In this document: piece after piece, positions 50,326 through 64,000 of the stretch | Position numbering within the stretch: the stretch's first letter is position 1 | Layout of the letters: every line of letters starts with the position of its first letter | Assembly (NCBI GenBank): GCA_964187785.1 | Contig: OZ076409.1 | Coordinates: 77,812,001-77,876,000 of the forward strand | Reading direction: 5' to 3' | Source: Amphiscolops sp. MND2022 | Lineage: Eukaryota | Length of the DNA: 64,000 nt | Program-made: the position numbers and the translations under genes | Notes under the pieces: model-generated | What the model was told of the DNA's origin: nothing | Seen by the model: only the letters and a program-made list of their open reading frames with translations | Database searches by the model: none

Positions 50326-50810
50326 CCGGTGGAACACCAGTAACCACCGGTGGAGGCAATTTTGGATAATCAGTCACTACTTCCACCGGTGGTAACCGGT
50401 GGAATTTTTTCTTCAAAAAAAGAATTGTGTCTTATGGAAAATTAATGAAAATTATTATTTCATTTTGGAATTCGAAGGTTTTTCAAATTTTCAAAAATTT
50501 ACTTCGGCACTCAAGAAGTTCTGCAGCAATAAAAACTATTTTGGCACCGCGTGTACGCGAGCCGCGATGTAGGCAATGCTGCAAAACAAATATATAAGTA
50601 GCTAAGGCAAAACTAACAAATTACAAAAGCTGATAGCGCAGAGGTAAATGCTGAAGTGTCATCAAAATCAATGCAGGTTCGCGTCACGGTTTCTGCAATA
50701 TTTTGAATACAACGTAAAACATTTCCACCGGTAGTCCACTGGTGGACCACCGGTGGCCACCACAAACGCTGAGGATGCCACCTCAGTGGTCCATCGGTTT
50801 CCAACCCGGG
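50326..50810. mobile_element. MITE-like remnant with CCACCGGTGG palindrome clusters at both ends
   Basis: Clusters at 50326-50403 and 50725-50790 flank an AT-rich core. Confidence 0.45.
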
Positions 50811-50854
50811 CATCTCTCAATTTCGCTCAAACTAGTCACATAAAACATACATTT

Positions 50855-53800
50855 TGTAACGATAAGCGCTAAGCGATACCTGAAACAAAAGGTGGAGGAA
50901 CCAATACCATGGAAATGGATCCGGGACAAATCCACCATGGCATTAGCCCATTTTACCTCCTAAAAGGAAGGCGGTCACGAGGACGGGGAACCATCTTGTA
51001 GGATGCTCTCTGGCCTGGTCCCAGTCTTTAATTGCTGAGATTAACGGGCATCCGTCTCGGAACTTCGCCTCGGACCACCGTTTAGACAGCCTTTAAAAAC
51101 AATGCCAAGGATAAACAGTGTAAATTTCCATCTTCGGGATGATATCGGAATAATACCTAAAAAGGGGAATAAGATCTAAAATTTCACAAAGTAGCGCTCG
51201 AGCTAGTCTAGACGGCTAAATCCAGCAAAAATACATCAAAGCACACATCAAACTGGCAAACCACACAGCTATGAGCTATGAGCTGGGAAGGAGGGGCTCC
51301 AAGCACCAAACAAGGATAATTAAGCAAAAAGACTCATTTTACCGGTTTCTGCCACTTTGGGTAGCATAATGCTGAAATCGATGAAAACCGGGGTTAGCAC
51401 CTCAAAAAGAGTCGCCCCCTTATTTTAGAGTTCGATAAGCTCTCAGACTATCTCGTTCAACGTGTTCCCGCTCGGTCTCACTCGGTCTGCTCCCGTCCTT
51501 GTTTTGCATTGGAAATGGCGAAACCAGCAAAAAGAGCAATCACATGCTCATTGTCACGTCACACATCGACTTTGACTTTTTGACAAATTTTCTGAACATG
51601 TCAAATTTCCAAAATCGGTTGATTTTGCTGTACCAGAGGGCCCCGTTACATCACTCCCCGGGTCTTAGACATGACGTCCTTGTCATGCGGAGAAGCTGGC
51701 ATTGAAAACATCTCCACATCATCTTTGCAAACCACTGGGTTTGCAAGGGTCCAGTGGCACTGATATCTTTTGCTGATTGGGTAACTAAGATGTCTTGCTT
51801 CTTGCCATCCAGAGAACCTGCAGCGTCCACAAACTGTTGAAACAGACCTAGCGCGCAGGCTAGAAACCAAGTACTCAAAAATGCACCTGAAAATTGATTA
51901 AAACCAAAATTCCATACATCAATCAGAAAAGCACCACTTTGTTAGCACGAGTTTTATGCAAAAATTTGAATAAGATCCTGCTAGCACATTGTTTTCGGAC
52001 GCCTAAAAATTTTTTTATGTAGCTCTCAAGCTCCAAAAGCGAACGTGATTCTCGTCAAAAATCTCTTTTCCACGGCAGTAGATTTTGTTTGCAGCAAAGT
52101 TAAATGTTCTTTTCGCTAAAACTTCTTTTCAGTGGAAACACAACTGTTTAAAAGGAAGGAAGGCCGTTTTTTGATACTGTTTTCACAGTTCGGCTTGGTT
52201 TGAGCAACACGCACGGATGTGGAGCTCCGTACCTGTATACAGTTTAGAAGCATCTGTTAAGGAGCGCATCAGAATCAAACTAAGAACTGCTGATAACAGT
52301 GGGCACTGATGTAAAGTAGGCAAAGGTAGATCAAATCTTGCAATTTGGTTATCTGGAGCGCTCGAGCTCCTCATTTTTCTGGATATCACGTTGATATCTG
52401 AAGGAAAATACTGGAAACTTTGGGGAAAATACGCAAAACAAAAATAGCCCCTTTCGGGCGAAGAGATACATGTAGGGTTTTTGGGTTATTTCATGCGTTC
52501 ATAGAAGTATTTTGAGTCAGACGTCTCAAAGAGGCAAAGATACAAAAATATTACGACGTTTACATCACCAAAACTAAGGCTTCGTTGTCAAGTTTGAAAA
52601 TAGCTGCTTGAAAGAGTGTCACACTGCCAAGTGTCCATTAACAAAGGTAGTGAAATCCTCAGGGCGTTTACCATTTCAATTGAGCTTGACGGGGGTATTA
52701 TTATCCTCCCATGGAGCTCACCGGGCTTTAGTCGACTCCCCGGGCCTTAATCGTTAGGCACCCTCTTTCACATGAGAATAGTGATGAATGGACAAAATTG
52801 AATGCCTGACACAAAAATGCAGCAGGTTAAATTAAGTGTTGACGACACCTCCTCCCCCTTTAAAAAGAAGTGGAGCGTGGCTTGGACTGTAGATAGGCAT
52901 CATTATCCGATAGCAGCAGGGCATGCAACAAGCATCAAGCATCAGGAAATGCAATGAAGAAAACGGTGGAGACTGTGTCTGTCTCAAGACTGGGATAGTT
53001 GTTCGGATGACGTCCACGCCTAAGTCCCTTCGGTCGATGCGACCATGGTAGTAGAATGACTGAGCGTGGTGGACGGCCACGGCGACGTCCATCATAAAGG
53101 GACAACAGACCTTTTTGTCATGAGTGTTCACAGTCTGTGCGCTCGGGTCGACCACGTCTGTGACCAGTTGGTCGAGTTTTAGCTGAAATACCTGGCGACC
53201 ATTTAGTAGAGATTGGCGGGTCCATCTGAACAAATTCCTGTAAACCACGTTTAGCAGAAGGTGGCTCAATGGAGTATTTCAGCAAATTCGGTAGCAACTG
53301 CGAAGTTGATAAAAAGGACTCTGTTCCAGGGAAGTAAGAGTCGCTTACAGAAACCTGCGAGAAGGAAGTGGAGTGTGAGATTGATATCCGTTCAATCTTC
53401 GTATCACTTGAGTAGAGATTGCGCTCGAGCAACCCATTTTCATCGGCGTGATATTCAGGCAAAGTGTCAGCAATACCCATGGTTGTAGTGTCCAAAGACA
53501 TTGGGTCCAAATCCATGTCTTTATTTGACGGTTTCATTAGTTCTGCTTCGGCGTCGTTTGAAATATTGATAGTGGCACTTCTGAGGTGTGCTTGCACATC
53601 TGCATTTATCGCTTTCAGTTGTGCTAGCGCTCGAGCTAGCAGTTTCTCCCTGCGAAGTGCGCTTTGTGCCAACAAGTCTGATATCTCATCCATCTGCTGC
53701 TCCAGGGCCTCTAATTGTTTGTCCTGTGTCTGATAAATCTGAATACTAGTTTTATGGAGAGAGGATCATTTCGACGACGATACTGAACTAGGACTGGAAG

Positions 53801-56800
53801 TCCTTATGCTCCCATCCGGCTCGGTATCCTAAGAGTTAGAATGCATTGATCTAGAAAATTGGAGACAAATTTGAAACTATACTCCAAAGGCCAATTTTCC
53901 AAGTTCAGATCCTCTAACTTCGTCGATCGGTCATGTTCATTTAACATTTGGGATTCAATTTGAGCTTGAACATCATGAACATCAATTGGTTGTGTTGCAC
54001 TGACACCCTCGCCCCCTTACAAAAGGAACGGAGGCGGTGGAAGACTTTCCAACGTTGCAATTCAGCTTTCGAGAATGCGAATTGCTTCACTAGAACCGCC
54101 AGTGTACCCAAATTTAGCGTTAGGGTCAAAGTCAATAGAGGTTCTAGCCATCACAGCGTGCTGAAAACTGCTCAACACTTTGCACACTGCTCGGTAGTTT
54201 AAAAAATGTTGCTCTAGGGCGAATTGCTGCAGCCAAGTGGGATAGTGTCGACCAAACAGTCAGTCGAGCGGTTTGTTAACCTCTCAACCTCAATGGATTT
54301 GGGTATGTTGTGATTATTCAAAAAAGTTCTGTGCAAATTTGACGTGATATTCGGTGCTTGTGCTACTTGATACTTTGGACTAACACCAAATTGTAGCCGC
54401 AGAGTGTTCAGAAAGGTTTCACACTTTTACCCGGTGAAAATTTAGTCACTAGGAGGTTGCTCCTCTCAAAATCTCGTCATTTTGGCTAAGTCGGAACCCT
54501 TAGGGTCTCTTTTGGATATCGAAAACCCTGCCTAGGCTCACAAGGTACCACTTAGAGTTTTTCTTTTGAAACAATGTAGTCCAGAGTGCGTCGTAGGCAC
54601 TTAAAATTGCTGACTTGGGATTTTTCAGGATCAAATTTCAAAGTTCCAGAGGAGTCCAAAATAAATAACCCCTGCTGGCAAATTTTTGAACTGTGGGATT
54701 TGCCTCGTTTGCACCCAGGAAGGTCTGCCAGGCCCTTTCCGTCGGAAAATAGGGCTTTTTGGGCCTGCCTCCTGTACAACGGAAGTATTGAGGTTTTAGG
54801 TTTTCGTTTTTCTGATGGTTTATCGGGATTTTCGTCAAAACGTGTGTCTGAAGAGAATCAAAGTCAGTTCTATCAATCGTACTGGGTAGAAAAATACACA
54901 GGACGTTCTGTCAGGTACACAAAAAGGACAATGACCTCCTCGAGCTGATAATTGCCTCCAGCTACAAGCTAGAGTCTTTTTCAGCGACTTTTGGAATTTC
55001 AATTTTTTTGGAAATTTCTCAAGTGGCTTGTACAAGTGCTGGAAACGTGGTATCGGGCTCCAAAATGGTCCAGCGATCACACGTATAGCCAGGTACACTA
55101 AAATAACAACCAATGAGAACTAAGACTACTGGGCAAATTTTAGATCTGTTACAGGCGATCCGTAGGACCGTTTCTCGACTGACACGATTTTTCAAGTGCA
55201 ATCAACGACTCTCGTCAACAGTGCTGAGCTCTCAAGCACTCTTTTTCTGCAACAGTGCACCAAATAACACTAATAGGAGTAGTCTACAACAATGTGATCC
55301 CAACTCTTCAACAAGGTGCGCCGACCATTCCAAAAAATGATCCAATTTGTTATAATACACAGGATATCACAACTTAACAAAGTAACAAAAGGCTATGATT
55401 CAGCAAAGCAGCCCACTCGATATTGATCAAAATTCACACGTACAGCAATGAACTAACTATACTAGGAGTTCAAACTAGGGGGTTCCACAGGTTTCCAACA
55501 CGTAGAACTGGCTTTTTTCGAACTTTCCCAGTTTTTGTTTCGCTGAAACCTCAAACTGAAACAATGAATATTCACGTCCGAGAAGTGTCGAAAGTAGTTC
55601 CAAAGGTCGTAGCGTGCTTTTCGCGTATACAGCTTTTCACGACTAATGCCCTGACCAAGAAAATGAGAGTCTAGAAGTGGGGTACTAGGATCCAGTCACA
55701 GGTCAGAATTTTTTCAGGTAATTTTTGGGTTTTTCAGATTCACTTGAAAAAAAACTGAAGAGGCGAGCGCTAACGCTAGAAACGTAAGATCGGCTTCAAA
55801 ATTAACCTAGCGAGCTCGCTCACGTATGCTGAGGTACAAGGGAATGTTCAGCGATTCGTGCTGTCGTGACCAGGTGAATTTTCAACACAGTACAGACGTT
55901 CGGTGTCACTGCGTCCCAATATGCACTGTTTTTCACGTGTCAACCCAGATCTTAGCTCACCGCGAAGAGCTCTCAAACTCTTTGTCTCAGCAACGATACA
56001 AAAACTTGCACTGGATACGATACTGAGCAGCAGTTTGGCCCCACTCTTTGAATAAGGCGTTCAGGCAATCCCACAAACATCGAACAACTCGCCCTTCTGC
56101 GCACCTTTTTGGGCAGTTTGTTTTCGTCAATTTCTCAACAGGTACTGTACCAATCAACACCAAACATAGCAGGTGTTGCCAGTAGGCACCAATAACGTTG
56201 TTTTGGTGGTCAGATAAAATCTGGTTGACTCACAGGGGTCTCCCCGATGATTTTTCCCTATGCTCGTCTCGGTGAAGACTTGAGCAAATTGACTTCTTTT
56301 AATGTCCCAGATTTTCAGAAACACGTTTTAATGCTCGTAGGCTGTTCGTACTTGCACAAAGCTTTCTCACAAGCACACAGGGCTGGAAAATTTACCTGGT
56401 TTGGAATGTTTAATCTCCAGGCACTAACAGAACACTTTTATAAGAATTTTACGTTTTTCCAAAAACTGCGTTGCAACGCGCAAGTGGCTCGTGTTTGCAC
56501 TAAAAGCGTCAGATCGAGCCCCAAAATGACCAGTAATTCTTAGATACACGTAGGTTTACAGAAATGAACACAGATTTGAGCTGCACTCCTTCTACACAAT
56601 TTCACCTAGGTACAGACGTGCGGTATCACCCTGTACAAAAAGACACTGTTTTTCACGCCTTTTTCGATTGCGATCTACTGGAAAGAGCTAGCAAGCTCAA
56701 ATTCTCTGCAACAACGTAATAACTAGTACAAGCTACGATAGTGGGCTGCAATATAGCCCCACTCTTCAGCTAAGGTGTCTCGGTGAAAACGCAAAAAAAA

Positions 56801-59219
56801 ACAGACTTTTTGAACATGTTTTTGTGCCACACGTTTTTGCTATTTTCTCAACAAGTGCCGCACAAATCGGCACCAAACCTCGTACTCTATGCTAGTGAGT
56901 GTCCACAAGTCCACTGAAATAGTAGCACTATTTTTTGCAACTTTTCTCACAAATTGGCCACGAGGATCACCTCCGAATGTGGTACGGCAGGCAAAATAGG
57001 ACCAAAGAGTTGCCCCACTATATGTAGCACCTCCAATTTGTTTACCCGTTAGGTATAAGGCACCGACAGTCCTGCAGTTTTGGTTTGTTTTCGGCACCAA
57101 ACTTTCGGCACTAACGTTCATTTTAAAGGTGGTTGCAAACATGCAACCACTTTTTGCCTAGGGTTCAGGAATCAACGACCCGACCCTAACTCAAAGACAG
57201 TCCTGTTTTAAGGAAAATTGATCAAATTCAGTGCGTTTTTCCACTTTTCTCAGCACTGAATGGGAGTTTTTACATGCGATTTTCACCACCACATGTTTAT
57301 TTTTCTATAACAACAGAAAATGACAACGCGCAGGTTCCCAGATGGAAACACTGACTGCCCCAGAGGTTTTAATGATGTACTCTGGCACTCCTGAAACTGG
57401 CCAAAAATCAAAGGTTTTTCGACCTGTTATAACTAAGAAGACGTTACAAACTCTCTTAAGTCCTATTTTTGGCACTATGGAATGTGCTCCAAACTACTAG
57501 CAGCACTGTTGGAAGAGGCAGTTACATCACAATCCAGCACTCTCCCAGTGGCATTACATAGTGGTTTTTTGCCAACTTCGCCAAATACTGAGGTTCTTCA
57601 TACAAACTGTGTCTCAAAAAGGACTCCAACGGCCTTTCTGGTACTCGTTACGTTAAGTAGCAGAACTCTAGAAGTCTTGAGCTGCTTTCCAAAACTTTTT
57701 CCAACTTCTGTGGCTACTACTTAGAGCGCTCCAACTTGTACCAAAAAAAACTCAAAAAAACCAAAAAAGACGCTTTTGCTACTTTTGCACCTAAATCGGA
57801 CTTTTCTCACTAAAAACAGCTGCAAAAGCACACAATGAGTTGCAACAAGGAACAACTAGCATGATCAAACGATTCCTTATGAAAAAATACGCAATCGAAA
57901 ATGTTTTCATACCACACTCCAAAATGCCGATTATTCCGGATTGAGGAGTGGTACCTTCGACGTCTTTTTTCTCAACATCCAGACCATATAAGACAAACGA
58001 ATTGGACTGTCGGCAACGTCAGTGCTTGCTCTACCTTTCAATTAAATCCCATTCTTCTATGACGTCTGTAGGAGAAATGAGAGAGGAGAGTCGGGATTAC
58101 TCGTTTCGGCTCATCTATCGGTCAGATGGAATGTAGTTCAACCATATCAATTTAACCTCTCGTACAAAAACGCAAATCACTGAAAACAGCTGAAAAAACC
58201 TGTTAAACACCAGTAGCGACGTGGTACTGTTCACTACGCTTCTAAAATGAAAATTTTCTGTCAAAACATACCTTAGGTACTCTGAAAAATACCTGAAAGA
58301 ATGGAAAAACACCAAAATATAACATCATACCATCTAAAAAACTTGGATAAACTCTGGGTAAACGTCTCCTTCCAGAGTCCAATCGTTCTTGGCGTCAAAC
58401 ACCAGGGGGCCAGATCTTTTAAAAACAGCAAGGGAAAGCTTCCCAAGACGATCCCTCTGTGGTCGCCAAAAATTGAGTGCCCTTGTAACGATAAGCGCTA
58501 AACGATACCTGAAACACGAGGTAGAAGAACCAATACCATGGATATGGATCCGGGACAAATCCACCATGGCATTAGCCAATTTTACCTCCTAGGGAAGCCG
58601 GTCACGAGGACTGGGAATCATCTTGTAGGATGCTCTCTGGCCTGGTCCCAGTCTTTAATTGCTGAGATTAACGGGCATCCGTCTCATAACTTCGCCTCGG
58701 ACCACCGTTTAGACAGCCTTTAAAAACAATGCCAAGGATAAAAAGTGTAAATTTCCATCTTCGGGATGATATCGAAGTAATACTTGAAATGGGGAATAAG
58801 ATCTAAAATTGCACAAACTAGCGCTCGAACTAGTCTAGACGGCTAAATCCAGCAAAAATACATCAATGCACACATCAAACTGGCAAACCACACAGCTATG
58901 AGCTATGAGCTGGGGTGGAGGGGCTCCAAGCACCAAACAAGGATAATTAAGCAAAAAGACTCATTTTAAAGGTTTCTGCCACTTTGGGTAGCATAATGCT
59001 GAAATCGATGAAAACCGGGGTTAGCACCTCAAAAAGAGTCTATTTTAGAGTTCGCGAAGCTCTCTCCTTGTTTTGCATTGAAAATGGCGAAACCAGCGAA
59101 AAGAGCAATCACATGCTCAGTGCCACGTCACACATCGAAATATACTTTTTGACAAAATTTCTGAACATGTCAAAGTTCCAAAATCGGTTGATTTTGCTGT
59201 ACCAGAGGGTCCCGTTACA
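50855..59219 (-). mobile_element. Pol-less (LARD-like) LTR element with LTRs at 50855-51650 and 58484-59219
   Basis: The direct repeats TGTAACGATAAGCGCT...CCCGTTACA are highly similar apart from indels. A PPT-like GGGGAGTGA abuts 51650. The PBS TGGCGACCACAGAGGGAT (minus, 58451-58468) resembles the complement of the tRNA-Arg(TCG) 3' end. No RT or IN motifs were seen. Confidence 0.85.
52940..53750 (-). pseudogene. Coiled-coil ORF with RRGRP (AT-hook-like) repeats inside the pol-less LTR element; one in-frame TGA
   Basis: ORF 53118-53693 extends upstream as QTQDKQLEALEQQ. Past the TGA it continues QKGLLSLYDGRRRGRPPRS..LRRGRHP. Confidence 0.4.
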
Positions 59220-62200
59220 TATGTTAGCACAGCACATGCCTTACAGAAATGAATAAATGAAACTCACTTGGTACTCCAACTCAGTATAATTTTTTTCTGA
59301 AACTTCAATTTTCACAATCCACTACATAAATCTCAATGCTTTTAGGAAGACTACTTCGAACCGGCCTGGTGCGAAAAGTTAGCCTTAGAGTTGGAACAAC
59401 AAAAACAAGCTATTAAAAGCCAACCTTTGGGGACTGCTATGTGCAAAAAGGAAAATTAACCTTGAAATACCGCTTGGATTTTCGTGCCTTTCTAGCAATT
59501 TTTTTGATGTTTCACAATTTCAAAAAAAGAAACTAGAAATTGCTTTATAAATACATGTACTTATAACCCAGAAGAGTCAATGCTTCAAATGCACAGTTAA
59601 TGCAGAGCATGAAGGGAATAATAAAAACAACGCAGCAGAATGACCCTGAGAAGAAGTATCGGTCACCAAAGCATTGGTAGACAACCGGGGGGAAAGCAAA
59701 ACAAATTTTGACTGTTACTTCTTTAATAGTTTTGGTAGCAAAAAGCAAGGTTCAACTAATTAAATGTACTGGTCTAGAAAGCTGTACACAAAAAAGCATC
59801 CTTGGGTTGTGTTTAACAAAAAGCCAGTTAATTTGAAAACCTTTAGGACATACCTGACAGTTATTTTCTGGTTCTTCAGACAAAAGAATGAAGATAATTC
59901 AAACTAAGAATTATTTAGTACCGGGAGGGTTCTTCTAATTACAGAAGAAACTTTTGAGGAATTTGAAAGTTTTAGGTATCGTGTAAAGTCCTTCAAAAAC
60001 AATCTCCGTAATCTTTGTCTTCAAAAGGAACTTCAAGAATTTGTTCTGAAACTCTTGGTTCTTTCATACCGGGAAAGCTCCCTCTAAGAATTTATGTTCC
60101 CTCTTCCTGAAAGATTCAGTATGCATTAGAGAAAATGAAAATGCTATGGTGAGTGAGATAAAAACGTAATCAGTGTTTGCAACTAAAAATCTATGAATAT
60201 TTATCAGTCAAACTTACCATAGTGCTGCTTCGTGGAATGTAAAGTAATTGCACTCACACCGTCTAATGCAGGTAACGCAAAAAGTGATAATTTTCCGATG
60301 CGAGATTTCTGGTCAGGTGGTTGCGTTCTGGTATCTCTTAATTAATTCAAGGGTTCTCCTTTTCACCTGCGCAAAAATAACCAATATTTATAAGTGGGTT
60401 AATAACCAGTGGACGAAGATAAATCAATACAGGTGTGCCGGGGAGTATACAATGAGGCAGGTATACAAACAAGAAAAAATCAATCAGACAAAAAGCTCTC
60501 AAACAATATGCCTCCTAAATGAAAGCATTGCGTGGTAATAACTTTTCAAAAATATCAATTATGTAAACCTATTTTTCAGATCATGCTTTGAGGTGTATAA
60601 AATCGATTTTTCTTACGGTGAAATCAAAACGGACATTTTGATGTTCACAGCTGCTTTATGTCGCGGTTTGGAAGAAATTGTGATTGCGTTTCTAAGGAGA
60701 GATACTCGACTAAACATTGCTTTTTGTCACTCAGGTGCTGTGCAAAGTTGCACGAAACTTTGCATAGCATTTAAGAGACAGAAAAACCAGAATACATTAA
60801 AAATTGATCACGTTTATCAAAAGAAATGTTACAAAATTGAAACCTTCTGAAGCTTTTGAAAAAAATTCAAATGAATTCGCAGTCGAAAGAAACAACTTCG
60901 TATGTGTGTTGTTTCAGGCAACGCGCGAAATTGAAGTGGAAAATAACTGAATGGAAAGAAGAGAGGTCAAAAAGTTGATATCTGGAAACAAAGTCATGAA
61001 ACGTTCGGAATATTCAACTGACTTTCTAAATTTTGTCCAATAATCGAGAATTTTGTCCAATAATTCAAAAATTTAGTTACAACGAAAAAATGGAAATTTG
61101 ATGAAAATGTCTTGAAAATGTTCTTACTCAGGCTGAGACTCTAAAACACTTGCAAATATTTTTGAAGCTCCGTAAACAAGCTACTAAAACTGGTCGTTCA
61201 TTTACCTCAATTTGAAAAGAAAATCGGAACGCTTTTTACTCCGAGTTCAGTTAACCTAGTTTTTCTTATAACATCAATTCGATAATTAATGACAAATAAA
61301 GGCTCAAATTAGTTTTTTTCTCAAATATTGACGTTAAGCCCCTGTCTCCAGAAAGTCGTCGAGTCTCACCTTTAATAGTCCTACACAGGAAATAATTGTC
61401 TGAAAATAACTGTCGAAAAACCTTTTTTTGTTTACGACATTTATCAAGTCAATATTGGAATTGACAAAAATTGTACCGTTTTCAACCTACTGAGCGCCAA
61501 TGATTGGGAAAAATTCTGCAACAATAGTTGATCATTTCCTTTGTCTTCCTTCTGTTGATTAGTTTTTCCATCTTTTCATTTAGAAAAAAAAATCATTTCT
61601 TCAAGTTTAAAACTTCCTTATGATGGAGATTTTAATTATTAATTATTGATTTTTCCAACTTTTCTGAAGCAATGTTTAAAAATTGTGTAGTTTTTGGCCA
61701 GAAATTTCATAATATGCGGTCATAATGTCTTTCGCTAAGAGTTGTTAAAGTACGATCGTTGCCTTGATATGATGCCATCATGTCGCGGCAAAACCTTCAC
61801 AAGGTCATACGGAATGTAGTCACAAATTTAGAATGCGATATTCGTTTCGGGCCAACCCGGGTTAGCATTAGAAGCCAAAAATTGACAATTCACGCATCAA
61901 TGATGCCAAGCAAAAACTGTTCAATCAAAATATTGTGACACTTCAAAATACTCAACATTCAAATACCAAAATTAAAGACACTTACACATTCCGCTGCAAA
62001 ATTTGAAATGAATTCACAATGAAAGGGATGATATCAAAAACGTTGTTCGAGTCTGCATTAATTGATCAATTTGTGCTGATAAATCTACACCACATTTTCA
62101 AAACACCATACATTGGGTTTCCAAGAACTATTGGACTTACTTGGTAGCATCAGTTAAAGAGAGATAACCATAACAACTAGCGATTAAAATAGTCTCAGAA

Positions 62201-64000
62201 TATCAATTTTCATCTACTAGGCTTTGTTGTCTTCAAGTTCTCACTCAATGGATTTCGCTCTGGACCAATTCTAAGATATCACAGCTCGTAGATTTTGTTT
62301 GCAAGTGATGTTCTAAACATGACTATTCACCTAACTATTATTAGGCATTGTTGGTGCCAGTCAACTACATGACGAGGTAATCAAACCCGAGCAAGCTGGA
62401 TGAAAATTTTAACTCGAAACTTTTCGAAACTCTTGATGAAGTTTCAACGAAAATCACAGGAGACCAAATTGGAAACCCCCAAACATGTTTTGTCGAAGAT
62501 TGTTAATCATGAAGACCCACACATGCAAGTACCCAACACTAACATTCCTGCCAATCTTTAAGGTCATCATCACCTTTTAACCCCCTTTGCCCTTCACACG
62601 TGTGGTATTCAAGGTCATTGAACCAATGTAAAATAATGGTGATTCGCCCATATGACCTCAAAGAGAATGTAACTCTATCAAAACAGGTTACATTTACGTG
62701 TGTATAGATACCATCAGACCATTTAACCAACATGCAAGACCCATTTCATAGTTTTAATACCAGCCAATAACTTTCATAAAATATTTGAATGTAATACATT
62801 TATTTTATATTTTGACTTATACTTATCGAATAAGTATAAACGAAATGTATACCATAACTAGTTAGACACAAGACGATTGGAACGTTGTATTCAAGTTTTG
62901 TCTTAGGGTCACCATAGTTCTCACTTAACTTCTTCGGCTCTTTTCGACTTTTCGTCGGGACTTGGAGCAATTAAGTTAGTTACTCTCAACTCGTGGAGAG
63001 TTGGAAGTTTCAAGAAACAAGGAAGAAGCAATTCCGGATGATTAGATCCTACTAAGCCACGATACAGTCCTTTTATTCTCACAAGCAAGTACTGTTCAGA
63101 AGCGGTCTGCATTACTGGGCACTGTATTCAGGGCAGAGTGACGTTTGGTCAGGTGAGGGAATCAAAGAGCCGTTACAAGATTTTCCAATTTTTTGTTCAT
63201 TTGTTCATCTTCTTGGCCAACTAATTTTCTGTTGTCTAAGAAGCAAGAGAAGAACGTGGGTTCGACTCTCGCACTAAACCACAATTTTTCTATGCTCCTA
63301 AAAATATAGTGGAAACCAAAGGGTCACCCCCTTGCGGTTTTTTTCGGCACTATGCGACATTTTCCCGAAGTTTTGAATTCTTTAAAAGGGTACCCCCTTG
63401 AATTTTTTGGAGTCTTCGGTTTGTAAAAAAGAATTAATGAGCCTAAAGGGTCTCTTTTTGGGTTTTTCGGCAATATGCGACTTTTTTAACAAATACTTTT
63501 TTTGAAAAAAAATTCCAAATGTTTCCAATTGCCAATAATAATTGAAAATAACTTGATTAACTGATGGGTTTGTCAAAATAAACTTTACGACTCAAAAGTT
63601 TTAGAAATGATTCCACTTTAGGAAAATAATACAGAAAATGCGACATGGGGAATCCAAAACTCAATTTATATTAACTAATCGGTTTTCCATTCTAAATGCA
63701 ACTTCTCTCAACCGATTAGAGAATCAAGGATTGAAATGAAACAATTTTTAAAAGTTGGCAACAAATCCGACTGCTGAAAAAATTTACAAGACACTTGGAA
63801 TCAAAAACGAAACAATACCCAGCTCCTAAATTGAATCTATAACTGGATAAAAAACAATTTTAAGTGATTTACGAAAAAACAAGCCAAAATTGCTCTATTG
63901 ACCTTCCACAAAACTTCGACAATCATGATCATAAGTGTTAGAACTTGCGTTTATAGTTGTGTTGAGTGCTTCGCTACAACTTGTCAAATTGTCAGTCAAA

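Noticed and set aside
59540..63120. Possible minus-strand exons of a host membrane-protein gene
   Set aside because: There are some donor-like sites and hydrophobic short ORFs, but no consistent gene model or recognisable motif.
63245..63290. tRNA gene or SINE head (GGTTCGACTCT, B-box-like)
   Set aside because: No cloverleaf or convincing A box could be built.

Overview
AT-rich, intron-containing eukaryotic (probably animal) DNA made up mostly of transposable elements, with a 200-N assembly gap at 7266-7465. From left to right: a decayed CRE-like non-LTR retrotransposon (RT plus restriction-like endonuclease); a ~1.03-kb tandem duplication; an old composite Ty3/Gypsy element (7785-23195, + strand); two exons of a TRPA-like host gene; a pol-less LTR element (26275-31315); a young, nearly intact 16.4-kb Ty3/Gypsy element (32401-48822, minus strand, ~2.48-kb LTRs, GTTAT target-site duplication); and a second pol-less LTR element (50855-59219). 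The main discovery is inside the young Gypsy element. Between pol and the 3' LTR it carries an ANTISENSE 8-exon gene whose seven GT-AG introns are all phase-consistent. The gene encodes a 1121-aa protein with a CxxC...H...H zinc finger and features resembling a catalytically dead hAT transposase. It is divergently oriented to a sense ORF that runs into the 3' LTR. The gap between the two genes holds a motif array that also occurs in the LTR. Gag starts inside the LTR and is translated through the primer-binding site (PBS), and there is no canonical polypurine tract (PPT). The old, divergent element shows most of this layout in decayed form with its own motif. This suggests a 'complex' retrotransposon family with an internal promoter and an element-encoded regulator. 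All family assignments come from reading motifs by eye; no database searches were run.
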